64,000 nt of DNA from Bacilli bacterium (GCA_017410525.1 JAFQQQ010000005.1:81105-145104); one strand, 5' to 3'; counted from the stretch's first letter, positions 39,183-48,718 are shown. Notes: a model not told the origin generated them from the letters alone. A program made the numbers and translations.

Positions 39183-40985
39183 ATGAAACAAAGGGGATTT
39201 ACATTAATAGAGTTATTATCTGTAATAGTGATTCTTGCAATCATCGCACTAATAGCAACGCCCATAATATTAGATATAATAAATGAATCAAAAGAGAAAG
39301 CATATGGTAATAGTGTAGAAAGTATAATGCATGCAGCTAAAATATATAATACAAAGAGTCAATTTAAAAATCCTTTAGTAATGGATCAAAACGTATATAG
39401 CGAAGTAATGGAAATGGTAGATGGAGAAAAACCTGAATCAGGTAATTTGTATATAAATGCAGATGGTGAAATTGCGTTTGCGTTTCAATATGGAGAATTG
39501 TGTTATAGTAAAAGCTATGAGGATGATACATATACAAAGGAAAAAACTAATGTGTGCAATGTACCTTTTTATTATTTGAAATCAGTATCTGCACAAACAA
39601 ATGGAGATGACAACCCTTTTTTAGAAAATACATATGGTATATCAAAGGCAAAAATAGAAGAGATAATAACAGTAAATAGCAATAAAGTGTCTGATGATGC
39701 AATATATAGTTGGGAAGTAACAGATCAGGAGAATGTCAAAGAAGAGTATAAAGTAATGGCTTGGTGTCTAGATGTAGATAAAGATGGATTATATGAAGTA
39801 TATATAGGTCAAAATGGCGGGGTAAAAGCAAACCCAAATTCCTCAAAATTATTTGCTTATTTAACAAATGTAACAAAAATAGATTTAAAAAATTTTGATA
39901 CATCAAATGTGACAACGATGATGGGAATGTTTAATTATTGTAAAAATTTACAAATACTAGATTTAAGTAATTTTAATACTAGCAAAGTAACAACAATGGC
40001 AGGAATGTTCCAACAATGTAATTCTTTAATAGAGTTGAATTTAAGTAGCTTTGATACATCAAATGTGACAGACATTTCTTATATGTTTAACAAATGCTAT
40101 GCATTGACAAAGTTAAATTTAAGTAAATTTAACACTAGCAAAGTAACAACGATGGTTGCAATGTTCCAATACTGTGAATCTTTAACAAAATTAAATTTAA
40201 GTAATTTTGATACATCAAATGTAACAACAATGGCAGGAATGTTTAATTGTTGTAAAAATTTACAAACATTAAATTTAAGTAATTTTGATACATCAAATGT
40301 AACAACAATGTCAATGATGTTTCAACAATGTAATTCTTTAATAGAACTAGATTTAAGTAGCTTTAATACATCAAAAGTGGAAAATATGGAATTAATGTTT
40401 AATAATTGCTATGCATTGACAAAGCTAGATTTAAGTAAATTTAATACTAGCAAAGTAACAACAATGGCAGGAATGTTCCAACAATGTAAATCCTTAAAAG
40501 AGCTAAATCTAAGTATCTTTAATACATCAAAAGTGGAAAATATGGCAGGAATGTTTAGTGGTTGTGAAATATTGACAAAGCTAGATTTAAGTAATTTTAA
40601 TACAAGTAATGTAATAAAAATGAGTGGAATGTTTCAAAATTGTTATAATTTGAAAGAATTAAATCTAAATAAGTGGAATACATCGAAAGTAACAACGATG
40701 TCACATATGTTTAACAATTGTAAAGCTTTAACAGAATTAGATTTAAGCACTTTTGATACGTCAAAAGTAGAATATATTTCTTATATGTTTAATAATTGTC
40801 AATCCTTGAAACAAATAAACTTAAAACAAGCAACATTTGAAAGTATCAAGGAAAACGAATATAACAAAGTTTTTAATGGGGCAACTACTTTAAATAAAAT
40901 AATTGTAGAAGATGATGAAGCAATAACCTGGTTGCAAGCAAGGATAAATGATAATGGATTAACAGCATTAGTATCAAAAACATAA
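39183..40985 (+). CDS. Protein with a type IV prepilin-like N-terminal signal fused to ~17 DUF285/BspA-type leucine-rich repeats
   Basis: N-terminal MKQRGFTLIELLSVIVILAIIALIATPI is the class III prepilin cleavage/methylation motif (G-F-T-L-I-E). Then come reiterated ~26-aa units LxLSxFDTSxVTxMxxMFxxCxxL. Confidence 0.8.
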   Translation: MKQRGFTLIELLSVIVILAIIALIATPIILDIINESKEKAYGNSVESIMHAAKIYNTKSQFKNPLVMDQNVYSEVMEMVDGEKPESGNLYINADGEIAFAFQYGELCYSKSYEDDTYTKEKTNVCNVPFYYLKSVSAQTNGDDNPFLENTYGISKAKIEEIITVNSNKVSDDAIYSWEVTDQENVKEEYKVMAWCLDVDKDGLYEVYIGQNGGVKANPNSSKLFAYLTNVTKIDLKNFDTSNVTTMMGMFNYCKNLQILDLSNFNTSKVTTMAGMFQQCNSLIELNLSSFDTSNVTDISYMFNKCYALTKLNLSKFNTSKVTTMVAMFQYCESLTKLNLSNFDTSNVTTMAGMFNCCKNLQTLNLSNFDTSNVTTMSMMFQQCNSLIELDLSSFNTSKVENMELMFNNCYALTKLDLSKFNTSKVTTMAGMFQQCKSLKELNLSIFNTSKVENMAGMFSGCEILTKLDLSNFNTSNVIKMSGMFQNCYNLKELNLNKWNTSKVTTMSHMFNNCKALTELDLSTFDTSKVEYISYMFNNCQSLKQINLKQATFESIKENEYNKVFNGATTLNKIIVEDDEAITWLQARINDNGLTALVSKT

Positions 40986-41028
40986 TAAAATTTAAACTTA
41001 GTAATTACATATTGATATATATCTAGTG

Positions 41029-41070
41029 AACAAATTTGTTTGCTAGATTTTTAATTTATTTATAAAAATA
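41029..41070 (+). terminator. Near-perfect 28-bp palindrome (ATCTAGTGAACAAA/TTTGTTTGCTAGAT) followed by a T-rich tract
   Basis: Seen directly. Likely a terminator of the preceding gene and/or an operator upstream of soj. Confidence 0.4.
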
Positions 41071-41157
41071 AATTTTAACTATATCTAATATAGATTTATT
41101 TAAAAAAATGTGTTAAACTATTTATATATATAAAAGAAAAATGAAAAAGGTGAAAAT

Positions 41158-41943
41158 ATGGGAAAGGTAATAGCATTCGTAAATCAAAAGGGTGGAGTTG
41201 GAAAAACAACTTCAAGTATCAATTTAGCGGCTTCCCTAGGACTTTTAGGAAAAAAGACTTTATTAGTAGACTTAGACCCGCAAGGTAATAGTACTACTGG
41301 TGTAGGAGTTAATAAAGGCGATTTGGAAAGTAGTATATATGAACTTTTAGTAGATAGAGCAGAAGTAAAGAAAGTAGTTGCTAAAACAAAGTTTAAAAAC
41401 TTATATTTAATACCAGCCTCAATAAACTTGGCAGGTGTTGATATGGAACTTATGGAAATAGCAAGACAAAATCCAGAGTTTATTCCACAATTACAATTAA
41501 AAAAATATTTAGGGGAAATAAAAGAAGTATTTGATTATATAATTCTAGATTGTCCACCATCACTTGGACTAATAACAACAAATGCTCTTGCAGCTTCTAA
41601 TTCAGTAATAATCCCGGTACAATGTGAGTTTTTCGCACTTGAAGGAATTATGCAACTCTTGAATTCAATTATGATTGCTCAAAAGAAATTAAATCCAAGC
41701 CTAGATATAGAAGGCGTATTATTAACAATGCTTGATAATCGTACTAATTTAGGACTTGAAGTAGTAGAAGAAATTAAAAGTTACTTTAAAGAAAAAGTAT
41801 ATGATACTATAATACCAAGACTTGTTAGACTATCAGAAGCACCAAGTCATGGTAAACCAATTCATGCATATGATCCAAGAAGTAGAGGAACAGAAGCATA
41901 TATTAATTTAGCTAAAGAGGTGATTGAGAGAAATGGAAACTAA
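41158..41943 (+). CDS. soj: Chromosome partitioning ATPase ParA/Soj
   Basis: Deviant Walker A KGGVGKTT; 261 aa. Confidence 0.9.
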   Translation: MGKVIAFVNQKGGVGKTTSSINLAASLGLLGKKTLLVDLDPQGNSTTGVGVNKGDLESSIYELLVDRAEVKKVVAKTKFKNLYLIPASINLAGVDMELMEIARQNPEFIPQLQLKKYLGEIKEVFDYIILDCPPSLGLITTNALAASNSVIIPVQCEFFALEGIMQLLNSIMIAQKKLNPSLDIEGVLLTMLDNRTNLGLEVVEEIKSYFKEKVYDTIIPRLVRLSEAPSHGKPIHAYDPRSRGTEAYINLAKEVIERNGN

Positions 41944-42808
41944 GAAAAGAGCTTTAGGTAGAGGTTTAGAACAATTATTTAACAATGAAAACTTAGACTT
42001 AAATAGTTTTGAGCAAAAAGTTTATGAAACAGCAACTAATGAAGAAATAATAGATATAAACTTGAGTGATTTAAGAGCAAATCCGTATCAACCTCGTAAG
42101 GTATTTAATGATGAAGCATTAAATGACTTAGCTGAATCAATAAAAGAACATGGCGTTTTTCAACCAATCATTGTTAAAAAAAGTATAAAAGGTTATGAAA
42201 TAATTGCAGGAGAAAGAAGAGTTAGAGCGTCTAAACTTGCTGGGCTTGAAAAAATTCCAGCAATCATTCGTAATTTAAATGATGAACAAATGATGGAAAT
42301 AGCACTTTTAGAAAACTTACAAAGAGAAAACTTAAGTGCGATAGAAGAAGCAGTTGCTTATAAATCTATGATAGAAAAATTAAATCTAACGCAAGAGGAA
42401 TTAAGTAAAAAAGTAGGTAAAAGTAGAAGTCATATAACTAATATTTTAGGATTACTTAGACTTCCAAAAGAAGTTCAAGAAATGGTTGCGCATAATAAAC
42501 TTAGCATGGGACATGCCAGAGTATTAAGTAAGTTAGAAGATAATGAAAAAATACTTGAAATGGCAAGACAAATAGTTGAAAGAAAAATACCGGTAAGAGA
42601 ACTTGAACAACAAGCAGAAGATAAGGCTAAAAAAGTAAAAATAGAAAGACACGCTAAATCAGTTAATAACGATTTTAAATATGTTGAAGAATTATTAAGA
42701 GAAAAATTAGATACAAAAGTAAAAATAAAAGATAAAAAAATAGAAATAGCGTTTACAAATGTTGCAGATTTAAATAGAATACTAGAAGTATTAAATGTAA
42801 GAGAATAG
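41924..42808 (+). CDS. spo0J: Chromosome partitioning protein ParB/Spo0J
   Basis: 294 aa with GERRVRAS and HTH motifs; overlaps soj. Confidence 0.9.
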   Translation: MREMETKKRALGRGLEQLFNNENLDLNSFEQKVYETATNEEIIDINLSDLRANPYQPRKVFNDEALNDLAESIKEHGVFQPIIVKKSIKGYEIIAGERRVRASKLAGLEKIPAIIRNLNDEQMMEIALLENLQRENLSAIEEAVAYKSMIEKLNLTQEELSKKVGKSRSHITNILGLLRLPKEVQEMVAHNKLSMGHARVLSKLEDNEKILEMARQIVERKIPVRELEQQAEDKAKKVKIERHAKSVNNDFKYVEELLREKLDTKVKIKDKKIEIAFTNVADLNRILEVLNVRE

Positions 42809-42824
42809 CATAGGTGGTCACATA

Positions 42825-43010
42825 ATGGATAAGGAATATAAATTAGGAAGTGTAGTAATGATGAAAAAGGAGCACCCATGTGGAACTAATGAATGGGAAG
42901 TTACTAGATTAGGTGCTGATATAAAAATTAAATGCATTAAATGTGGAAGATCAATTATGTTACCAAGAATAGATTTCAATAAGAAATTAAAGAAAGTAAT
43001 AAATTATTAG
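42825..43010 (+). CDS. DUF951 small protein (YyzM-like) following spo0J
   Basis: 61 aa; the conserved position and size match the DUF951 family. Confidence 0.6.
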   Translation: MDKEYKLGSVVMMKKEHPCGTNEWEVTRLGADIKIKCIKCGRSIMLPRIDFNKKLKKVINY

Positions 43011-43019
43011 GAGGCATTT

Positions 43020-44507
43020 GTGAAGAGAAAAAAAAGAACCATGGGACCTGTTGTAGAAATAATACTTTTTTGTGCTATAGTGGCTCTCTTTTGTTTTATA
43101 TTTAGTTTAACAGGGGCAAGTGGTTATATAACAGAGGGTGGAACATTTGAAACTACTCTAGTAGTATTAAATAATTTCTTTAGTACTGCAGGAATAAAAC
43201 ATATAGTAAATAACTCTTTAGTTAATTTTCAAACTTTAGAGCCTTTAGTGTTTGTAATACTATCTTTAATAGCGGTTTCAATATTAGAAGCTAGTGGACT
43301 TTTAAAACAAATATTTACACCCTTTAAAAAGATAAAAACTATATATGTAACTGCAATAGTTATGTTTATGGGCATAATATCTACGATAACAGGTGATTAT
43401 AGTTATGGACTTTTATTACCACTAGCAGGGATTCTATATAAATATATAGGAAGAAATTCTAGTTTAGGTGTGCTAACTATGTTTATCGCAATAACAATAG
43501 GATATGGTACTGGCATAATTTATAATTATCAAATGTATGAATTAGGAGATATAACGGAGCTAGCTACACAAAGTATAATAACAGGATATAATTATGAATT
43601 ATTGTCTAATATATTCTTACTTATTGCATCTACATTTATACTTACAGTAGCAGGAACAATAGTATTAGAAAAGTTTTCTAAAAAGTTTACAAGAAATGAA
43701 GAAACAGATAATTTAAATATATCTAAAAAAGCTGCTAAAGCAACCTCAATAACATTTATAGTTATGGCTTTATTATTTATATATTGTTTAATACCTGGAT
43801 TACCAAAATCAGGATTACTACTAGATAAAACACAACCTACGTACATAGGTAAATTATTTGGTGGAGAATCTCCATTAAATCAAGGATTTATGTTCTTAAT
43901 AATAGGGATACTTATGGTATGTGGATTTGTATATGGTACCGTATCTAGAAATATAAAAAATACAGAAGATTATAGTAAAGCACTTACTAAAACATTTGAA
44001 GGAACAGGATATATATTTGTACTATTATTCTTTATGTCTATATTATATGAAATAATAGATTGGACTAATTTCTCAACAGTTATTTCCACAAAAATAATAG
44101 ATTTCATAGGAACAACAAATATATCAGGCGTAATATTGGTAGTATTAGTATTCTTATCAATAGTGCTAATTTCTATATTTATACCAGGAAGTATTGCTAA
44201 ATGGAACTTAATTGCTCCCATTTATGTACCGCTTCTGATGAGAGCAAACATTGCGCCATCATTCACACAAGCAATCTTTTTAGCAGCTGATTCAGTTGGT
44301 AAGTTATTCTCACCAATATATTTATGGTTAATAGTTGCTATAGGATTTATGTATAAATATGAAAAAAATACAAACTTAAGTATAATGGGAACAATGAAAA
44401 AGATTATGCCCGTAATACTAATATTAAGTTTAGTATGGATAGTTATAATTGTTGGATGGTATCTAATAGGGCTTCCAATAGGAATAAACACAAATATTAC
44501 ATTATAA
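43020..44507 (+). CDS. Polytopic membrane transporter (family uncertain; AbgT/YfcC-like size and topology)
   Basis: 495 aa with >10 TM helices; AGGAGG-6-GTG start. Confidence 0.5.
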   Translation: MKRKKRTMGPVVEIILFCAIVALFCFIFSLTGASGYITEGGTFETTLVVLNNFFSTAGIKHIVNNSLVNFQTLEPLVFVILSLIAVSILEASGLLKQIFTPFKKIKTIYVTAIVMFMGIISTITGDYSYGLLLPLAGILYKYIGRNSSLGVLTMFIAITIGYGTGIIYNYQMYELGDITELATQSIITGYNYELLSNIFLLIASTFILTVAGTIVLEKFSKKFTRNEETDNLNISKKAAKATSITFIVMALLFIYCLIPGLPKSGLLLDKTQPTYIGKLFGGESPLNQGFMFLIIGILMVCGFVYGTVSRNIKNTEDYSKALTKTFEGTGYIFVLLFFMSILYEIIDWTNFSTVISTKIIDFIGTTNISGVILVVLVFLSIVLISIFIPGSIAKWNLIAPIYVPLLMRANIAPSFTQAIFLAADSVGKLFSPIYLWLIVAIGFMYKYEKNTNLSIMGTMKKIMPVILILSLVWIVIIVGWYLIGLPIGINTNITL

Positions 44508-44511
44508 AAGA

Positions 44512-44535
44512 AAGCAAGAAGTTCTTGCTTTTTAC
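44512..44535 (+). terminator. Rho-independent terminator
   Basis: AAGCAAGAAC/GTTCTTGCTT hairpin plus a T5 run. Confidence 0.65.
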
Positions 44536-44585
44536 ATTTCTTTACACAATCTCAAACATTTTTTATAAAAAAATAATATAATTAA

Positions 44586-44614
44586 TTGACCCTAAAAAAA
44601 TACTATTTTATAAT
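44586..44614 (+). promoter_or_regulatory. Sigma-A promoter (TTGACC-17-TATAAT) ~210 nt upstream of ychF
   Basis: Hexamers and spacing seen directly. Confidence 0.55.
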
Positions 44615-44825
44615 AAAATTGTAATATCGTAGGAGATATTATGTGAGTGGTTCTATTATTAGAATAAAAGGGCAAAATAAAAAGCAATGATTGGCAATAT
44701 CGCTTTACATTGTTTTTTATTTTTGTGATTTTTTAAAAATATTACTCTTGAGATAAACGTAGGAATATTTAATTCTTGTATTTTAAATTAAATTATAGTA
44801 AACTATAAATGGAAGAGGTGTATTT

Positions 44826-45929
44826 ATGAGTTTAACAGCAGGTATAGTAGGACTTCCTAATGTAGGAAAAAGCACATTATTTAATGCAATAACAAAAAAA
44901 AATATTTTGGCAGCTAACTACCCATTCGCCACTATAGATCCGAATGTAGGAGTAGTTATAGTACCCGATGAAAGATTAGATTATTTAAATGGTTTATATA
45001 AACCAAAGAGTTTAGTGCCAACTACATTTGAGTTTACAGATATAGCAGGACTAGTTAAAGGAGCTTCAAATGGTGAAGGTTTAGGAAATAAATTTTTATC
45101 TCATATAAGAGAAGTGGATGCTGTATGTGAAGTTGTTAGATGTTTTGAAAATAACGATATAATACATGTAGAAAATGCAGTTGATCCTGTAAGAGATATA
45201 GAGATAATAGAGGTTGAATTAATTCTTGCAGATTTAGAAGTAGTAGAAAATAGATTTAATAAAATAGGAAAGAAAGCTAGTCTATCTAAAGATAAAGAAA
45301 TACAAAAAGAAGCAGCAATCTTAACTAAATTAAAAGAAACTTTAGAACAAAATATTCCTATAAGAAGAATAGAATTAACTGATGATGAAAAGTTATATAT
45401 AAAACCATTTAACTTACTTACGAGTAAACCTATAATATATGTAGCTAACGTATCAGAAGATGATTTATTAGTGGGAGATAATAAATATTTAGAAGAGTTG
45501 AAGAGATATGCCTTTCAAAAAGATAATGCTGAAGTAGTTGTAATATGTGCTAAAGTTGAATCTGATTTATGTGATATGGATAAAGACGAAAAAAATATGT
45601 TCTTAAGTGAACTTGGAGTAAGTGAAAGTGGCATAGATAAACTTATAAAAGCATCTTATAAATTATTAGGTTTAAAAACTTTCTTTACTGCGGGAGAGGA
45701 TGAATGTAGAGCTTGGACTTTTAAAGATGGAATGAAAGCACCACAGTGTGCAGGGATAATACACACAGATTTTGAAAGAGGATTCATAAAAGCAGAAATT
45801 ATGAGTTATGAGGATTTAAAACAAAACGGTAGTGAAAAAGCAGTAAAAGAAGCAGGCCGTATGAGACTCGAAGGAAAAGAATATATAATGCAAGATGGAG
45901 ATATATGTTATTTTAGATTTAATGTATAA
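44826..45929 (+). CDS. ychF: Ribosome-binding ATPase YchF
   Basis: MSLTAGIVGLPNVGKSTLFNAIT, an Obg-family G domain and a TGS C-terminus. Confidence 0.9.
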   Translation: MSLTAGIVGLPNVGKSTLFNAITKKNILAANYPFATIDPNVGVVIVPDERLDYLNGLYKPKSLVPTTFEFTDIAGLVKGASNGEGLGNKFLSHIREVDAVCEVVRCFENNDIIHVENAVDPVRDIEIIEVELILADLEVVENRFNKIGKKASLSKDKEIQKEAAILTKLKETLEQNIPIRRIELTDDEKLYIKPFNLLTSKPIIYVANVSEDDLLVGDNKYLEELKRYAFQKDNAEVVVICAKVESDLCDMDKDEKNMFLSELGVSESGIDKLIKASYKLLGLKTFFTAGEDECRAWTFKDGMKAPQCAGIIHTDFERGFIKAEIMSYEDLKQNGSEKAVKEAGRMRLEGKEYIMQDGDICYFRFNV

Positions 45930-45934
45930 GGAGA

Positions 45935-46645
45935 ATGAAAATGAAGTTTTTTTGTGAATATTGTGGTAATAGAATAGATGCTGAGAAAGATTCTAAATGT
46001 CCAAATTGTGGAGCATCTTATAAAAAAAATCAAACTTTCATTAAATTAGAAGCAGAAAAGAAAAAGCAAATACAAGCAAGTCAAGAAAATGCCCAAAAAA
46101 TATTTAATCATGTTTTTGGAATATTTAAGTTTTCTAGAATAATATTTTTTATGCCTGTAATATTTTTTATAATTATATTTGTTGCATCAATTATAATGAT
46201 TTCAAATAATGACAAAAAAGAACCAAATTATGGCGATAATAATTTGGATGAAATATTTGAAGAATCAATCGCAGAAAAAGAAGAACAAAAAACTATTGTT
46301 GTTGGTTTAGATGAATATGGAGAAACAAAAGAATATAAAGTTAAGGTAATTAAATATGAAGTAGAAAAAGATAAATTTAATAGATTAGATGATGATTATG
46401 AATACGTTGAATTTCAGTTATTAGTAGAAAATCTAAGTGATTATGGTATATCAAAAGAAGATGTTCACTGTGTTGTAGATGGAATAGCGCAAACTAATTA
46501 TTATTCATCTGGTTATTCAGATCTTCCTATGTTTATAAATAAAGGTTTAACGGTTAAAGGAACTGCTACTTTTGAAGTTCCTAAAGATGCAAGCAGTTAT
46601 GAAATAAAATATGGAGATTATGTAACTATAAAAATAAGCAAATAA
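45935..46645 (+). CDS. Hypothetical zinc-ribbon / single-TM / C-terminal beta-rich (DUF4352-like) protein
   Basis: CEYCGN…CPNCG zinc ribbon, one TM, then an extracytoplasmic domain. Confidence 0.45.
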   Translation: MKMKFFCEYCGNRIDAEKDSKCPNCGASYKKNQTFIKLEAEKKKQIQASQENAQKIFNHVFGIFKFSRIIFFMPVIFFIIIFVASIIMISNNDKKEPNYGDNNLDEIFEESIAEKEEQKTIVVGLDEYGETKEYKVKVIKYEVEKDKFNRLDDDYEYVEFQLLVENLSDYGISKEDVHCVVDGIAQTNYYSSGYSDLPMFINKGLTVKGTATFEVPKDASSYEIKYGDYVTIKISK

Positions 46646-46660
46646 AAAAGCAACTTCATT

Positions 46661-46915
46661 CTAGCAGTTGCTTTTTATTTCTTGTTTATATTCTACAAGA
46701 TCTTCAATAGTACAGTCTAAATAATCACAAACTCTAGCCAGTACAAATATATCTATTTTCACTAATTCTCCTGTTATCAATCTTTTTATTACTTTAAAAT
46801 CTGTGTTAGTATCTCTTGATATTTTATTGATACTTATATTTTTGTCTTTTAATATATTATTTAATTTAAATAGATAAACTCCATTTTCAATTTTTACTTT
46901 TGAAATACTACTCAT
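46661..46915 (-). CDS. Small Cro/CI-type HTH regulator (YozG-like)
   Basis: 84 aa; the HTH ISRDTNTDFKVIKRLITGE is paired with the downstream small membrane protein. Confidence 0.55.
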   Translation of the reverse strand: MSSISKVKIENGVYLFKLNNILKDKNISINKISRDTNTDFKVIKRLITGELVKIDIFVLARVCDYLDCTIEDLVEYKQEIKSNC

Positions 46916-46969
46916 AAAGCTACCTCCATAATTATATTTTAACTTTAATAGTGGATAAATAACTACTGG

Positions 46970-47470
46970 TCATGCAACCTTAATGAATAAAGTTATTATT
47001 ACATCTATAATAAATAGCCCAATTAAAATATAAATAACAATTTTTGGTATACTTTTAATGATTTTATCACTTATAGGTTTAATGAAATAGATCAAAAGAA
47101 TGCTACTAAGTCCCCATATAAGAGACATCTCAAGTGAGGCATATTTATCTATATTAAATCTATGATTAGTATAATTCCAAAGTTCTATATTGAATATCCA
47201 TTTTATTAAATAACCACCAATAGCCTCTATTGTAGATAAAACAATCGAACTAAAAAGAAATAAGTATAATACTTTTAAAATCTCACTAACATTAAATTTA
47301 TTTATCCATTTATTTATTAATAATATGATAATAGCGCCTATACCGTATATAGGAGTCCAATAACTTAGTAATATTCCACTGTCACCATTTACATAAAAAA
47401 TCGATTCAATAAAATGACCTAGTATAGAAAAAATAATAAAACATTTTAAATAATACATAAATTTCACCAC
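46970..47470 (-). CDS. Small membrane protein (DUF2975-like partner of the YozG-type regulator)
   Basis: 166 aa with 4-5 TM helices. Confidence 0.45.
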   Translation of the reverse strand: MVKFMYYLKCFIIFSILGHFIESIFYVNGDSGILLSYWTPIYGIGAIIILLINKWINKFNVSEILKVLYLFLFSSIVLSTIEAIGGYLIKWIFNIELWNYTNHRFNIDKYASLEMSLIWGLSSILLIYFIKPISDKIIKSIPKIVIYILIGLFIIDVIITLFIKVA

Positions 47471-47539
47471 TATTATTATCTCTAATTATGTAAAAATTTA
47501 TACAAAAAATAATTTTTAAAAAATATAATTAAAATAAGG

Positions 47540-47568
47540 TTTACAAACTAAAAAAAGTTTGTTATAAT
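47540..47568 (+). promoter_or_regulatory. Sigma-A promoter of the rpsF-ssb-rpsR operon (TTTACA-17-TATAAT)
   Basis: Hexamers at 47540-47545 and 47563-47568. Confidence 0.55.
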
Positions 47569-47633
47569 CAATGTCGAGTGAAGAAATTTACTCCTTGCTC
47601 GAGAGAGCCAAAGACCATAAGGAGGTGTAGAAA
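47569..47633 (+). promoter_or_regulatory. Putative structured rpsF leader (candidate S6:S18-binding autoregulatory element)
   Basis: GTCGAGTGAAGAAATTTACTCCTTGCTCGAGAG hairpin (CTCGA…TCGAG) directly upstream of the RBS AAGGAGG. Confidence 0.35.
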
Positions 47634-47936
47634 ATGAGAAATTATGAAATTATGTTCATTGTAAGACCTACATTAGGAGAAGATGAAATTAAAAAAGTTG
47701 CATCTAACTTCCAAAAAACATTAGAAACTAATGGTGCTAAAGTTACAGGCGTTGATGCTTGGGGACAAAAATCATTAGCTTATGAGATCAAAGTAGGAAG
47801 CAATACTTACAAAAGCGGATATTACTTCGTAGTTAATATTGAAGCAGGAGACGACAAAGCTGTTAAAGAATTTGATCGTTTAGCTTTAATAAGCCAAGAT
47901 GTTATAAGACATATAATTATAAATAAGGAAGACTAA
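47634..47936 (+). CDS. rpsF: 30S ribosomal protein S6
   Basis: MRNYEIMFIVRP…. Confidence 0.9.
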   Translation: MRNYEIMFIVRPTLGEDEIKKVASNFQKTLETNGAKVTGVDAWGQKSLAYEIKVGSNTYKSGYYFVVNIEAGDDKAVKEFDRLALISQDVIRHIIINKED

Positions 47937-47947
47937 GAGGTGAATCT

Positions 47948-48403
47948 ATGAATAAAGTAGTATTAGTAGGAAGATTAACTGCTAAACCAGAGCTACGTTA
48001 TACACCACAAAACACAGCATACACAAGATTCAGTGTCGCAGTAAATAGATCATTTACAAATGCAGATGGAAAAAGGGATGCTGATTTTATAAATGTAGTA
48101 GCATGGCGTAAACAAGCAGAAACAATTTCAAAATATTTTGATAAAGGAAATTTAATTGCCCTTGAGGGTAGATTACAAACTGGAAGTTATGATGACAAAG
48201 ATGGAAACAAAAGATACACGGTTGATGTTGCTTTAGATAACTTTGAATTCGTAGAAAGCAAAGCTTCAAGAGAGTCTAGTGCAAATGCTTCGACTCCATA
48301 TGATTATCAAAACGATAATAGTATGCCAGAAGTAAATGTAGAAAATGATCCATTTGCTGAGTTTGGTGATAGTGTTTCTATAGATGATAACTTCCTAGAA
48401 TAA
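47948..48403 (+). CDS. ssb: Single-stranded DNA-binding protein
   Basis: OB-fold N-terminus [11 protein letters not shown]…PELRYT and an acidic C-terminal tail. Confidence 0.9.
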   Translation: MNKVVLVGRLTAKPELRYTPQNTAYTRFSVAVNRSFTNADGKRDADFINVVAWRKQAETISKYFDKGNLIALEGRLQTGSYDDKDGNKRYTVDVALDNFEFVESKASRESSANASTPYDYQNDNSMPEVNVENDPFAEFGDSVSIDDNFLE

Positions 48404-48417
48404 TAGGAGGATTAATA

Positions 48418-48636
48418 ATGGCAGAATTTTATAGAAAAAAGAAAAAAGTTTGTCAAATGTGCGCTGGTAAAGATATTGATTACAAAAATATAGAAGTAAT
48501 TAAAAAATATGTAAGTGCAGATAAAGGCAAAATTTTACCAAGAAGAATTACGGGTGCTTGTGCTAAACACCAAAGACATATAGCTACTCAAGTTAAGTAT
48601 GCTAGACATATGGCACTTATACCATTCGTTAAATAA
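48418..48636 (+). CDS. rpsR: 30S ribosomal protein S18
   Basis: 72 aa, …[17 protein letters not shown]…. Confidence 0.9.
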   Translation: MAEFYRKKKKVCQMCAGKDIDYKNIEVIKKYVSADKGKILPRRITGACAKHQRHIATQVKYARHMALIPFVK

Positions 48637-48659
48637 GATAGTACTAACTATCTTTTTTT
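48637..48659 (+). terminator. Rho-independent terminator after rpsR
   Basis: GATAGT-ACTA-ACTATC hairpin plus a T7 run. Confidence 0.6.
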
Positions 48660-48665
48660 ATTAAT

Positions 48666-48694
48666 TTGACAAAACACCTTTTTTTTGCTACTAT
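48666..48694 (+). promoter_or_regulatory. Sigma-A promoter of sigA (TTGACA-17-TACTAT, extended -10 TGC)
   Basis: Hexamers seen directly. Confidence 0.5.
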
Positions 48695-48718
48695 ACTTTA
48701 ATGCAAAGGGGGATTACT

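Noticed and set aside
39900-40900. Possible CRISPR or mobile repeats within the DUF285 gene
   Set aside because: The repetition is at the protein level only (26-aa LRR-like units). The nucleotide copies are diverged and of unequal spacing.
48701-48718. ATG at 48701 as the sigA start codon (ORF-track start)
   Set aside because: It lies within or immediately after the predicted -10/+1 of the only plausible promoter and lacks an RBS. The in-frame GTG at 48719 is preceded by AGGGGGA at ideal spacing. The ATG is retained only as an alternative.
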